Part shown: positions 25,001 through 38,700 of the stretch, in pieces
Numbering within the stretch: the stretch's first letter is position 1
Layout: each line of letters begins with the position of its first letter
Source: Octopus bimaculoides
Taxonomy: Eukaryota
Assembly: GCF_001194135.2 (NCBI RefSeq)
Contig: NC_068982.1
Coordinates: 78,332,879 to 78,382,423 of the forward strand
Direction of reading: 5' to 3'
DNA length: 49,545 bases
Notes under the pieces: generated by a model
Told to the model about the DNA's origin: nothing
Databases searched by the model: none
Seen by the model: only the letters and a program-made list of their open reading frames with translations
Made by a program: the position numbers and the translations under genes

Positions 25001-27102
25001 ATAGAAAAAGAGGGAAAATCCTTGTGAATTAAGGATTTCTTCTTGAGTAATTATAAGAAAATTTCTGAGCACATAGAGAAGTAGTTTTGAGCCAGTACAA
25101 GAGTATTTTTCTACATACTTAAAAATACAGATGCAAGGCATCTGGTCCAACATTCTTACAAACCACTGTCCTGGACTGGTGCTTATCTATTGACCTTAAA
25201 AGGAATAAAAGAAGTTGACTTTGGAAGAATTTGAATTCAGAACAGCAAATGTCAGTACAAACACTAACAAATATTTTAACTGAATCTACAAAGTTGCCAT
25301 TAATGACAGTGGCAGCACTACTTAGAGAATCAGACAAAATGCTTCATGATCTTTGTCTTTCATCGCTTCAAGGTCAATAAAAAAGTAGTAAACTAATTCA
25401 GTGGTTTCTAAGAATGGTTACAAATGTTGGCACAGGGACAGCAGTTTTTGAAGGGAAGGGGAAGTCAATTACAACAACCCCAGTACTCAGCTGGTATTTA
25501 TTTTATTGATTCCGTAAAAATGAAAGGCAAAATCAACCTGAGAGGAATTTGAACTCAGAACGTAAGGATGGATGAAATGCCATTAAACATTTTGTCCTGA
25601 TGTGCTAATGATTCTGCCAGCTCACCACTTTAGTGACTTGTAAGAATGTCACACTAAATGCCTTGCAATATTTGTTCTAGAGCTTTGTGCTCTGAGTTCA
25701 AATACCACCATAACCCACTATATGAGACACCAAGTTTTTACTGCCACTGCCTAGCACCTTGGGTGTCTTTGGTGGACCTTACTCTGTCGCAAGCATTTTG
25801 GTCAGAGATCCAGTTTTTAAGATACTTTCTTCCCTCTCTCCCTAACTATCTCAAAGACCCTATAAAGGGTCATCGACACCAACTTCCCATCTGACTCATC
25901 ATCATCATCATTACCATTTAGTGTAACATGTATTAAGCTGACATAAGTAGGTTAGTTTGACAGGGTCTGACAGGGTCAGAGCATTGCATCAAGCTCTAAT
26001 GTCTGCTCCAATGACATGATTTCTGCAGCTGGAAGTTTTTCCTAACACCGACCACTTTACCAGAGTGAGATGAGAGCTTTTGTCATGGCACCAGCATAAG
26101 TGGGATCACTATGCAGCATACAAGATTAAGATCACCTTCAACTGAGTGGGTGGCTCTATGCAAGGCAATGAGAAGTTGAAGTTTGAAAGAAGGGGCTGAA
26201 AGGGGTTTCTTGCAGTAAAAGAGATGCATGGCTTCTTACATTATAGAAGAGTGAGGGGTAGTTAGAGATGGGGTAAGAGTGGGGGGAGCACTGTACTGAA
26301 TGATAAACAAGTGTTGGATGAGGGAGAGAAGTGATGGTAAATATGAACTAGAGGGAAGGTAGGAAAGAGAGTAAAAGATTAAATAAAAAAAACTCCATCA
26401 TTAACACTGAAAAACATCAATAAGGTTTGAATTTTTCTAAGTTACCAGCAATTTTCTATCTTACCATAGCAAATTGGATCCAGTAATTCTTTGTCTTTGG
26501 TAGCCAGGAACTTCAAAAGAAGTAGTCGTGCCTCGAGTTGAGAAGCAAGATTCTTTGAAGCACTCCTCTTGTCCTGAACAACAAAATAAATAGAAATATT
26601 ATATCTGTTTCCATAGGTGCGGGGATGAAGAGGTGAGAAAGAGAGAGAGAGAGAAAAAAAAGATAATACTTAACCAATACTCTCACCATGTTATCTCCCC
26701 TCTTTTGTTCATACATTTTTCCATGTCAGCATGAGTTAGAGCAGTGGTTCTCAAACGGGTCCATATAAGATTTTTGGGGGTCCACACAACAAAATAGTAA
26801 ATTGGGGATCCACAAAAGGTATTTTAAGGACCTCTGAAAAATTTTGCTTTAGATTTATGTATTGGTATGTATTGCAAGAAACAGCTAGGTTTCTTTCTCT
26901 AGCATTTTACGCAGTTCAACCTACACAAGTTAATGAGTGGAAAACAAAATAGGAATTTTGAAAGAAGTTTCTATAAAACTAGTTTTTAAACATCAAATAG
27001 CTACGGAGGTCCACCAGAATAAAATAGTAATCAAAGGGGTTCAAAGATGAAAAACGGTTGAGAACCCCTGAGTTAGAGGAATACACATATTATTGAGGTA
27101 TG

Positions 27103-27139
<37 letters not shown>

Positions 27140-30100
27140 GAGAATATACAAATAATAACAACAGACGAGGACAGGTGGTGTAAATAACAAAAGTATATAT
27201 TAGTATGACGCTCGGGAGTACGGAAAGTCTTTGACGTTTCGAGCTACGCTCTTCAACAGAAAGAATACGGAGACAAGGAGAAAAACACGGAGAAAAAAAA
27301 TTGAATAGTGTTCAGTCATGGTAATATTCCCCTTAGTCCTTCAAACATGAACAGCACAGTTGCCAGACATGTTTTCATGGAACATTGCAAATGAATGATA
27401 CTACTTGTATAACGGTGACATCTATTTACAAGTAGTGTGCAATGTCAAGACAATGAGACACGAATGCATTCTCACACAAGCACGTATGCGCATGCGTACA
27501 CACACATGCACACACACACAAAAACACACAAGTAATATATACAGAGAGGTGGTTTTTTTTAAGATACTTTGAAAATTTTTGAGATTTTGTGAATTGTTCC
27601 AGAAACATTTTCTTTGAGGTTTTTTTTTTTGAAGTTTATTAAGCTTTTAAAAATCTTTTCTTCAAGCAATTTTAATATCTGCTTACCTTAATCTCCAAAA
27701 CACTTGCATTAGATATTCCACAATCAGCATGGAGCTCATCAAATAGAAGCTCTTCTGACATCAACTGGTTGATTAGTCTGAAAGACAAAAATCAAAACAA
27801 TGAGAGGGCGGGGGAATTAGGAAATGTGTCACATTATTATATTATCGTTTATCACAATTAATGGAAGACTAAGTGATTATAATGTAGATGATGATGATTA
27901 TAGTGATGGTAAGGATAGCACTAACCAGAAAACTTATTACCATAAAATTGATGATGATAAGGAAAGTGATAGTGCTGAAAGGCAGGAGAACTATGATGGA
28001 TGGAATTTGTTGAGGCAGATTTTCTACAGCTGGATGCCATTCCCATTGCCAACCTGCAATTGTTTCCAAACAAGGTAACATTTTGCCAATTTGTAGCCAA
28101 AGTAATTTGCATAATTTAAACAAAAATGAGCTAAGAGAAAGACTCAGAGTGGCTAGTGGCATGTATTTGAACAACATAGACAAATACAGGTACATCAAAC
28201 ACCATACAACATAAAATTTTGATTTATTAAAATTATCTCTGCCTCCAAAGGACACGTCATAATTACTAAAAGGTAATTAAGATCAGCTTCACTTGAAAAG
28301 GGGAGATAATCTTAAGAATCAAGAATTCTTAATAGCATGCTATTTAAGGAAAAGGACAGGTTTAGACCATAAATGTTTTCTACTCTTTTTTGTATAAGTC
28401 TAGGTCCCTTGGGTACTGCAGATAAGGCCAAGCAATTGTCATGGTGATGATGGCTATCGAGCCAGAAACGAGTGGTTACTAACTGTCCTCTTATCTGCAG
28501 ACAGTAAGCTTGTCCTTTTCTTCAATGACATATCAACTTTGGAGAATTCTTGACTCTTGAGGTTATCTCTTCTGTGGAGGTGGTCATAATTGCTATTTGG
28601 TAATTATGATACATCCTCTAGAGTTGGAGATAATTATTTAACAAAGCAAAAATTAATGCTGTATGGTATTTGATATATGTTTAGTTTTATATATACACAC
28701 ACACATGTATATATATTCTTTTATTCTTTTACTTGTTTCACTCATTTGACTGCAGCCCTACTGGAGCACCACCTTGAAATGTTTTAGTTGAGCAAATCGA
28801 TTCCAGGGCTTTTTTGAGCCTAGCACTCATCCTATTAGTCTCTTTTGCTGAACCACTAAGTTACAGGGATGTAAATACACAAACACCAGTTGCCAAGTGG
28901 TGATGGGGGGGNNNNNNNNNNNNNNNNNNNNNNNNNNNNNNNNNNNNNNNNNNNNNNNNNNNNNNNNNNNGGGGGGGGGGGGGATAAACAGGAATACAAA
29001 GACTCACACAGATATGTAGTTCAAGTTTACAGAAAACAAAAGATGACAGGTGAAGGAACAACAAGCAGGTGTATTAGTTTAAAGCTCAGGAAAAATGGAA
29101 AAATGTTTGACGCTTTAAGCCTATGCTCTTTGACAAAAAGGATTAAGAGGAACAAAAAAAAAAAAACAGATAAAATATGTGTAGGGATTAACGGCTCAAC
29201 ATGCTGAACACAGATGTATGTATGTATGTATGTATGACGGACTTCTTTCAGCTTCTGACTATCAAATCCACTCACAAGGCTTTGGTCAGCCCAAGGCTAT
29301 AGTAGAAGACACTTCCCCAAGGTGCCAGAAACTAACATTACAACAGTTGAAGAAGTACAACAACCATTGTATTGTTGACATAGAAACTTGAAATTCTGTA
29401 TGTGAGTCTCCATAACCGTATCAGTCCTCTATTTCCAATGATACTGAGGTCTATCTCTTGTTGTCACATACACATATATATATTAGGTTCAGGAAAAAGT
29501 TTGTGTGCCATGTTAAAACAATGCTTTTTTATATATTTTTGTGGTGTGTGTGTTCACTCAGTTCATGTCATGTTCAATGGTGACTCACGGCATACAAACT
29601 TTTTCCTCTCAACCTAGTATATATATATATATATGATGGAGAGCACCAATTCCCAATGTAGTGTTAATTACATCAAAACTAGTACTTATATATATTGATA
29701 TTTATTTCAGAAAGATGAAAGTTAAAACTCCAATGGCATAGGAAACAAGACTGTAGGAGGACATTATCAAATAGCACAAGGTATTTTTTCTTTTAGCAAT
29801 AGTCTACAGGCCCTGACATCTGCCATTTTATGAGTAATTTTGTGTCTGTCTGTCTGTTTGTCCATCTGTCTACTGAATAACTTTCTGATTACTGTAGATA
29901 TGGGTGTGCAGTCATTTTTATTACATGCTTTTGTGTGTGTGTGTGTGTGTGTGTGTGCGTGAGAGAGAGAGAGAAAGTATATCTGTATATGTATGCTCTT
30001 GTTAAATAACTATGAGTGTTCCAAGTATGTATGTGTGTTCTTGTTAAATAACTATATGCTTGCTGTAGTTATTGTGTATATCTGCATGCGTATACATACA

Positions 30101-32679
30101 CACACACACAATTTTTGTTAGAATGTTTGTGTGTGAGTGTGTGTTTATGTTTGTGTGTTAGCCCTTGTTAAATAACTATGATCGCAGCAGGTATGTATGT
30201 GTGAGCTTTCATTTTTGTTAGAAAACTTGTGTGTGTGTGTGTTCCAGTAATGTTTGTCCACTTGGTATGTGCTCTACTGTGGACATTGAAAACATCCCAT
30301 TTACCCAAGTCAAGGTCAACTTGGAATCAATGATAATAACAGGAAGCATCATGATGGTGGGTAGTGGTAGGAGAGGGGAGAACAGAGGTGGACGTGAGTG
30401 AAGCTGGCAGAGTGGTGGTGGTTCAAGTGAAGCTGGTGGAGTGGGGGTTATGGTGGTTCTGCCTACCAAAAGCTGTTCTATTGATTCCATGGCACTGCTA
30501 TGTGTATTGGCTTTAAACAAACGAAGAATCCTGGTTGAGCAAACAGAGAGTTGCTTGTAATATTTTTATTTGCTGGGCTATAAAAGATACATTTTAACAG
30601 CAGGAAAAAAAGGGATGTGGTGATAGCCATGCTTGTACAGAGAGTAAAGTAAGTGGAACGGGGCCCCAGCAAGGAAATGAAACCTAATTGCAGAGTCAGT
30701 TTGCAGAGGAACTTACCTCCTGTACCTGGTATGTTACTAAATGTGTATACACGTATACACACACACACACAAGTGTGTGTAAGCATAAATAAAAACACAC
30801 GCACATATATAAGCATATACAGACTCACACACATGTACACACATGCACACACACACACATGTACACACATGCATACACACACACACACACAATTTTTAGC
30901 CAGCAAGTTTCACTGACAAAGCATTGGTGAATTGCAGCCAGGCAGCTCTGTATGTGTGTGTGTGAGAGAGAGAGAGAGAAAGAGAGGAGGAGGGAGGGAG
31001 AGAAAGGATGGGGAAGAGAGAGAGAGAGGGGGGGAAGAGAAAGAGAGTTGCAGCAATCCACAAGATTAATATTTAACTCCGTAATGGGTACAGTTGGATC
31101 ATTTTTGCAATGTTACCTGGATAGAGAGATGACCTATCCAGGGGTAGATTTCACTCTCACTCACTCAACAAGAAGCGATAATGGAATTAATAAGTGCAAA
31201 CACAACCATGTGGGTTTAGGTTTAAGCTCAGTGAATGACACCTTAGAAAAGTTTCTGCTACAGTGGCCTTGGAGTGTATGTGGGTGGGGGGGGGGCTTTT
31301 CAAAGATTTGTTTGACACCCACACCCTAACAAGATGAAATTTGGTTGATAGACACCAGTCAGGGGGACAACTTGTCTTCCTGAGTAGTTCTTAATCCAAA
31401 GCTCTCATTTAACACAAGTTGGCTTGTGGCTAACTGAACCTGTTAATTCCCACATTTTTTTTTTAATTAATAAATTTATTATCAGAAAACAGTTCTTTAT
31501 AATAATGCATCAATTCATTCTTGTTACGTTATCTTTTATTTGTTTCACTCATTGGACTGGGACCATGCTGGGTTCACCACCTTGAAGAATTTTTTAGTCA
31601 AATGAACTGACCCCAGTACTTTTCATTTTTAAAACCTGGTACTTATTGTATCAGTCTGTTTTGCTTAACTGCTAAGTTATGAGGCTGTAAACATACCAAC
31701 ACCAGTTGTCAAACAGTGGTGGGGTACAAAGACACAAAACACACACACACACAAGTAAGGGTTATAAACCTTATTAAGGGATAATAAATCCAATGAAAAT
31801 ACTGGTTAATTACCAATCCATAGATGATGTGTGTTCATGACACATGGTTCATCAATGCAATTGACTTTGAAATACCAGTTTCAACCTTATTACATGTCTC
31901 CTTAGTTAAAGTTACTCTCACTGGACTGATGAATTTAAGAAGAGTTAGCAAAGGTCACCAAATAATTTGTTTGCCGATTTCTATAAACACTACCTTCTCC
32001 TCCTGTGTTCGATTGAGGCCTTCTTTAATCAGCTCTTTTTCTATATATGCTATCAGTTAATGGTTTATATCCATTATCTCAATATGCATTTCTAATCAGT
32101 ATATCTTTACCACCTCTGAAGAGATTCATCTTATAATGATTTTAATTTCATAAATTAATTATCTAAAGATTACTGAATCGAAAGAGCTGTCAGAGATGTC
32201 ATCATATTTTATAATTAATAAATAATATTTCATGAATTACCTCTCCATTTTCTCCTTATTCTTTACATATATAAATAGATAGATAGATAGATAGATTTGT
32301 TGGCACTCTGTCGCTTACAACGTCGAGGGTTCCAGTTGATTCGATCAACGGAACAGCCTGCTCGTGAAATTAGCATGCGAGTGGCTGAACACTCCACAGA
32401 CACGTGTACCCTTAACGTAGTTCTCGTGGATAATCAATGTGACAATGTGTGACAAGGCTGACCCTTTGAATTACAGGCACAACAGAAACAGGAAGTAAGA
32501 GTGAGAGAAAGTTGTGGTGGAAGAGTACAGCAGGGTTCACCACTATCCACTGCCGGAGCCTCGTGGAGCTTTAGGTGTTTTCGCTCAATAAACACTCACA
32601 ACGCCCGGTCTGGGAATTGAAACCGCGATCTTATGACCGCGAGTCCGCTGCCATAACCACTGGGCCATTGTGCTTCCAC

Positions 32680-32716
<37 letters not shown>

Positions 32717-35700
32717 CATAGATAGATATATGTAAGCTCCAAGGATTGAGGCATAGGAAGAGAGTGAGCTTCAAGCAATCCGTAGAAAATATTAAAAAAC
32801 AATTTTCAGGAATAATAGTGGTTTAATGGGACAGAAAGTTATGGAATTTTTCATATCTAAGTACGGTAAACTGAAAAAAATTACTTTATATTTCACAGTA
32901 GGCAGCCAGGTTTACCGGGTATGTGAATCCTCCGTGTGTTAACATGGGCTTCCTAACAACAAGGTAAACTTCATTTAATCAAGATACCCTTGGCCTGAAG
33001 AGTAGCCTGTGGTATACATCTCACTTGGATATTTACCACTTCTGAGGTTCTGTCTCCTACTAAACATATGTAGCCCTGATCTTATCTACTCCATTCCATA
33101 ATTCTTGTATGTCATCATCATCATGTATATATATATATATACGACAGGCTTCTTTCAGTTTCTGCCTACCAAACCACTTACAAGGCTTTGGTCAGCCCAA
33201 AGCTATAATAGAAAACATTTGCCCAAGTGGGACTGAACCAGAACCCAGATTGGGAAAGCAAACTTCTTACAACTCAGCCATTCCTATCCATTCTGACAGA
33301 TTGAAAGGTATCTGATTGCTGTTATTTTTTGTCAACAGAGAATGCCTTCACCCTTTAGATCAGAGGTTAAGCTTTTTAGGCCACCACCTCCCTCTCATGG
33401 TCCTCAGCACCTCCACTCCTATTTTTATGTATACTCTCTACTCTTACTCTTTTACTTGTTTCAGTCATTTGACTGCGGCCATGCTGGAGCACCGCCTTTA
33501 GTCGAGCAAATCGATCCCAGGACTTATTCTTTGGAAGCCTAGTACTTATTCTATCGGTCTCTTTTGCCGAACCGCTAGGTTACGGGGACGTAAACACACC
33601 ACCATCGGTTATTAAGCGATGTTGGTGGGGACAAACACAGACACAAACATATACAAACACATACATATATATATATATATATATAAACAATATATGAGTA
33701 TATGAATATATATGTACATGTATGTACATACCTTCATCTACATGTACACACAGATACATAACTGGGTACATGACGTGGCAAAAGAACATGGACAAAATGA
33801 TAAACAAGGTACAACAAACAGGCAAGCCACATAGAAACATCTCCTTCATCAGCTGCCACCATTAAAACACCGGCGTTAAAACACAAATTAAATCGTTTTC
33901 GTGAAGGATAGTGGCGGACGGAAAACAAGACAAGAAAATGAAACGGTATATACGACAGGCTTCTTTCAGTTTCCGTCTACCAAATCCACTCACAAGGCTT
34001 TGGTCGGCCCGAGGCTATAGCAGAAGACACTTGCCCAAGGTGCCACGCAGTGGGACTGAACTCAGAACCATGTGGTTGGTAAGCAAGCTACTTACCACAC
34101 AGCCACTCCTGCGCCTATAAATATTTTACTAATTTATATATACTACGAATCATTTGATATTTAATATAATATTATATAGTTTGTATACAATACAAACTAC
34201 ATGAATTCACAGCGTCCCCCAATCCACTGGCTTTCTCCTAATGCCTCCTTTTTCTCTACCACCCCCTTAGACAGCACTCACCTGGACCATCTCAACACCC
34301 ANNNNNNNNNNGGGGGGGGGAGTAGCATCCACTTCGAGAACCTATGCTTTAGATAATGTGTATATTCATGACACATGATTCATCAAAGCAGAGTTTCAAC
34401 CTTATTACATGTCTCTTTAGTTAAAGTTACTCTCACTGGACTGATGAATTTAAGAAGAGTTAACAGAGGTCAGCAAATAATTTGTTTGCTAAACAAGACC
34501 ATGTGCTCTCCTTAGATCATTGATCCAAGGGTAGAAGACACTTACCCAAAGTGCCACACAGCAGAACCGGACTAAAAACCATGTGGTTGAGAAGCAAACG
34601 TCTGAGCTGCACCTACCTTTATGACTAATAAAATATGGCAGAATTCTGGTTTAAGCACCCCATATCTTATATATTTTTTTAGAATTTTCAGAAAATTTTT
34701 GCAAATTTGTGTTCTACATTTGGGAATTTATACAATTATGAAAAAAAAAAAAATGTTTTCCGTGTGTGATTTCAGAGCGATTCGGGTGTTATTTTTAGTA
34801 CGTCTCATGACCACATGATACCTTCTTCATTTCTTTGTCACTCTGACATGTATTGATGTTTTTCAATATTTTTCTCCCCATAAACACATTTAAAGGAATG
34901 ATGATGCACCGAAGGGTGGTCCATTGCTGGGATTTAAGCAAAATATTCAGACTGTCCAAATTTTAAACACTGATTAAAAACAAAAAAATTTGAGAAAGAG
35001 TGAAACTTTTAGGATTTATGGGGGTGATGGCTTCAAAAATTTTATGAGGGATTATATGGGATGCTTAAACCAGAATTCTGCCAAATATATACCTAGTGGG
35101 TGAAATATTAATAATTATTTTTATGGTCTTACTGAAATTTTTTTTTTGAAGCACAAATCCTGAGAAAGCCCCTTGGGACAACACCTGGAAGAATTTTGCA
35201 CCACTATTCCATATCTCTAAGTCGACAAAAGCAATGTAGAATCCACTGCTTAGACTAGAGACCCAACAAAACATAATCGTATACATTCCCAAAACATGCA
35301 ATAGGTTTGAACATAGAATAACATTTTAATAATTTATTGTTCTACTCAGCTATCTTTCTTCTATATCAGTGATTCTTCTCCTGATTGGTAGCATACCTGT
35401 GGGGAACAATAACCTTACAAAAAAAGGATGTGTGACTGAGGTGGTGGGGCAATGTCAAAGAAGTGCTGGGTATTCAGAGGGGGTGGAATTTTTCATAGAA
35501 AGAAAATATTTAACCCTTTAGCATTCAAACCAGCCATATCAGACCCAAATATTCTAATTGTTTTATGTTCAAACTGATCAGATCAAGCTTCTCACACCTA
35601 CCCGACAAATGTCATTCTAAAAATAAACGATCTCAAAGCTACAAGACAATGCATAATTAATTCAAAACAAGTTGAATAAATAAATATTTCATTTGACTGA

Positions 35701-38700
35701 GTAATCTGAATGCTAAAGGGTTGAAGCAGGTTCAATACTTAATCTTTTTAAACACATTTTTAAAATCATCATAGTCAAGATTAGAATACTTATGTTATAG
35801 ACATTGTGCTATCAGTGAGCAGAAAATATGGCTGATAATGCACTAATGTTATATGTAATTTCATTATAAAAGAAATAGTAAAGTTATATCAAATCTTGGT
35901 GTAGTAAGTGATCACCTTCTTTTTTTTTTTTAGTAATCTCAACACAAATTGACCAAAGAAGGCACTAATCCTTGCAAATATCTAAAAAGAGGTACATACT
36001 GGATAGATTAGTGTTAGAAAACTTGGGTAATAAAATCAATAAACCCCTAAACAAAATTAACAGCATTTTTGCTTAAAATAATGTTTCCCATTTTTTTTTT
36101 ATCAAAATCTAGGGAGGGATCATTAGTAAACCACCATTTGGTGAAGGGGAAGGGCACTAGGTTACAAAAGGTTGATAACCACTGATCTACATGATTGTCA
36201 AACTGTTTACTAATTAGTGTAACAGGAGAACTCATTAAGTTTAATAGCAGCAAGTAGAGAATCTAATATTTCAGTTTTTATATCCCTCTGAGAGAGTCAC
36301 TTATGTTGTTGGCATGGGATAATTAGTACACAATATGTGCATATGTATGTGTGTGTATGTATGTATATATATATGATATGTTTATTGTATGTATGTGTGT
36401 GCGCGTGCATATATCGTGTAGGAGTGTGGCTTACTAGAATCAGGCTACATATCTACTAATTACCAACCAAAATCTGAAACCAGTTACACAACTCACGGTT
36501 TGTCATGTTCTCTTTCACCCAAATTAGGAATAAATCTATACTAAGCATTTTAAATCAACTCAACTAAAATTCTCTCTAATAATATCCAAAACATTACAAG
36601 ATATCTCCCAGATTCACAGGAATTAAACCATTCCACCTACACAAAAATATCAACTATTAATATTTATATGTTGAGTCACAATTTTAACATAAGCACTGAA
36701 TATTTGTAAACACTATTTCAGAATCATGAAATGACAAACCATCTCTAAGTGATCCACATTTTGTATGTTTCCCAACCACATGGTTTTGGGTTCAATCCCA
36801 CTGTATAGCACCTTCCTTAGGCAAGTATCCGCTATAGTTCTAGGCTGGCCCAAACATCAAGAGTGGATTTGGTCGACAAAAATTGAAAGCCCATTGTATA
36901 CGTATATGCATGTGTATATATGTGTAAGTGTATGTGTGCATGTTTGTATGTGTATATAAGTATGTATATGTGTGAATGTGTGTACGTGTGTATGCATGTG
37001 TATGTATGTGTGTATATGCATATGACAAAAATTGTGTTACACAGTGTTATCAAAGTTTAGAATTTCTGTCTGCATCTTCTGGTGCTGTGGTGAATAGAAA
37101 ATAGGTTCCGGGACAACAAAGATTGGATTGCATGACTATAACATGAGACTGTAATATATGGTGAGGTTAGGTGGTTGTGTCTGAGGCCCTCATCCCTCAG
37201 CTATGTTCATTCTTTGATATGCTATCAAACAAGAAATTCCAAGAGTACTTACTTACAGTGTGCTCCTATTTGGAGTACACAGAGAGGTTAGATATCTGCA
37301 GGGAAGATATTACCCACTGATAAATAACTGCCAAGATAGACTGGAATAAAGAAATTATAGATGCCACAAGCAAAAGAACCAATGAAGAGAGAAGAAAGAA
37401 CATTGTGGAGCAACACAAGATTTGGTTGGATAAAAAGAAAATTCGTTCTATAGAACATGGCGTGGTTGTGTGGTAAGAAGGTTGCTTCTCAACCACATGG
37501 TTCTGGGTTCAGTTCCACTGCATGACACTTTGGAGAAGTGCCTTCTACTATAGCCTTGAGCTAACTAAAGTCTTGTGAGTGGATTTGGTAGATAGAAACT
37601 GAAAGAAGCTCATTGTGTATATGTGTGTGTGTCTTTGTGTCTGAGTTTGTCTCCCAATACTGCTTGACGATCAGTGTTGCTGTGTTTACATCCCTGTAAC
37701 TTAGCAGTGTGGCAAAAGAGACCAATAAAATAAATACCAGGCTTAAAAAGAAAATAAGTACTGGGATTGATTAGTTCAACTAGAATTCCCCAAGGTGGCA
37801 TCCCAGTACAGCTGCAGTCTAATGACTGAAACAAGTAAAAGAGAAAGGATAAAGATGGTGCCATAGATGTCTTTGTCAACTTAACAAGACTTTTAACAAG
37901 GATCGATGCAATCCTGTCAAGTGTGCAATAAAAACATCGAATGTAGTTGAAAGACTTGTTCCAGACATTAAAAATAGTGATTTTGGCATATGAAAGGGTT
38001 TCTGTCAAATCTGAGTCTTCAGCAAATTTCTTTTTTAGAATTACAGACAAATTTAGAACTGGATGTTTATGAGAAACTTGTTTGCTGAGGACTAGTTGTC
38101 ACAAATAGTAAAATAACCCTTTAAAGGAATCTCTATGTAGTTGTTCAACATGTTAGAAATAATAGTTAAATCTCCCTCAATTCACACACTACTATTTTAC
38201 ATAAGAAAAGGAAACATTACACAATGTAGACATTTAAATCATTCTCAAAACGATGAGACAATCAGAGCTTTTGATTATAGTTCAACTCAATCAGGACTGA
38301 CCTGGTATTAAATAATAGCCCTCTTAAATATGTATCACAGCTTACACATGGAGATGATCTGTCTGCCTGTCTGTTTCTCTCTCTCTCTCTCTCTCGCTCT
38401 CTAAAAGATCAACCAATTTCTTATACTGCAGTTTGGAATGTTATATGATCTATTCACATCTATATTTTATTCTTCCTACTTTTAACACTGATTAGCATCA
38501 AATTCTTCGTTAATTACTATCCCCACTAAACCTAGATAGACACACACTTCACCATATATCTATATATCTACGATATAAATCTTTTTCCTCCTCCTCCTCC
38601 TCCTGACTGGCTGGCTGGTCTAGATATATAGACGTTATCAAAGAGGAACTAGGTTAACAAGAGTTAATAAAGCGTACTATTTTATCACCATCATGACTTA

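Noticed and set aside
28400-28620. Complex sequence in intron 3 with a gttagt donor and partial ORF
   Set aside because: The phase does not fit exon 4, and stops interrupt the frames from the plausible acceptors.
30218-31329. Cluster of 80-140 aa ORFs; similar ones at 44359-44878 and 47316-47828
   Set aside because: Translations of (TG)n, (AG)n and (AT)n microsatellites and SINEs; low-complexity artefacts.
33835-33930. Minus-strand GAAA...CTGATGA arrangement resembling a type II hammerhead
   Set aside because: Helices I-III cannot be formed convincingly; probably a scrambled Penelope-like remnant.
35065-35301. ORF containing YIAFVDLE (RT-like) with a nearby gtaaga donor
   Set aside because: A single short motif; at most a LINE scrap, and the phase is incompatible with the gene model.
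37610-38050. 146-aa minus-strand ORF in intron 2
   Set aside because: No usable splice sites in the required phases; half of it is SINE sequence; TTG start.
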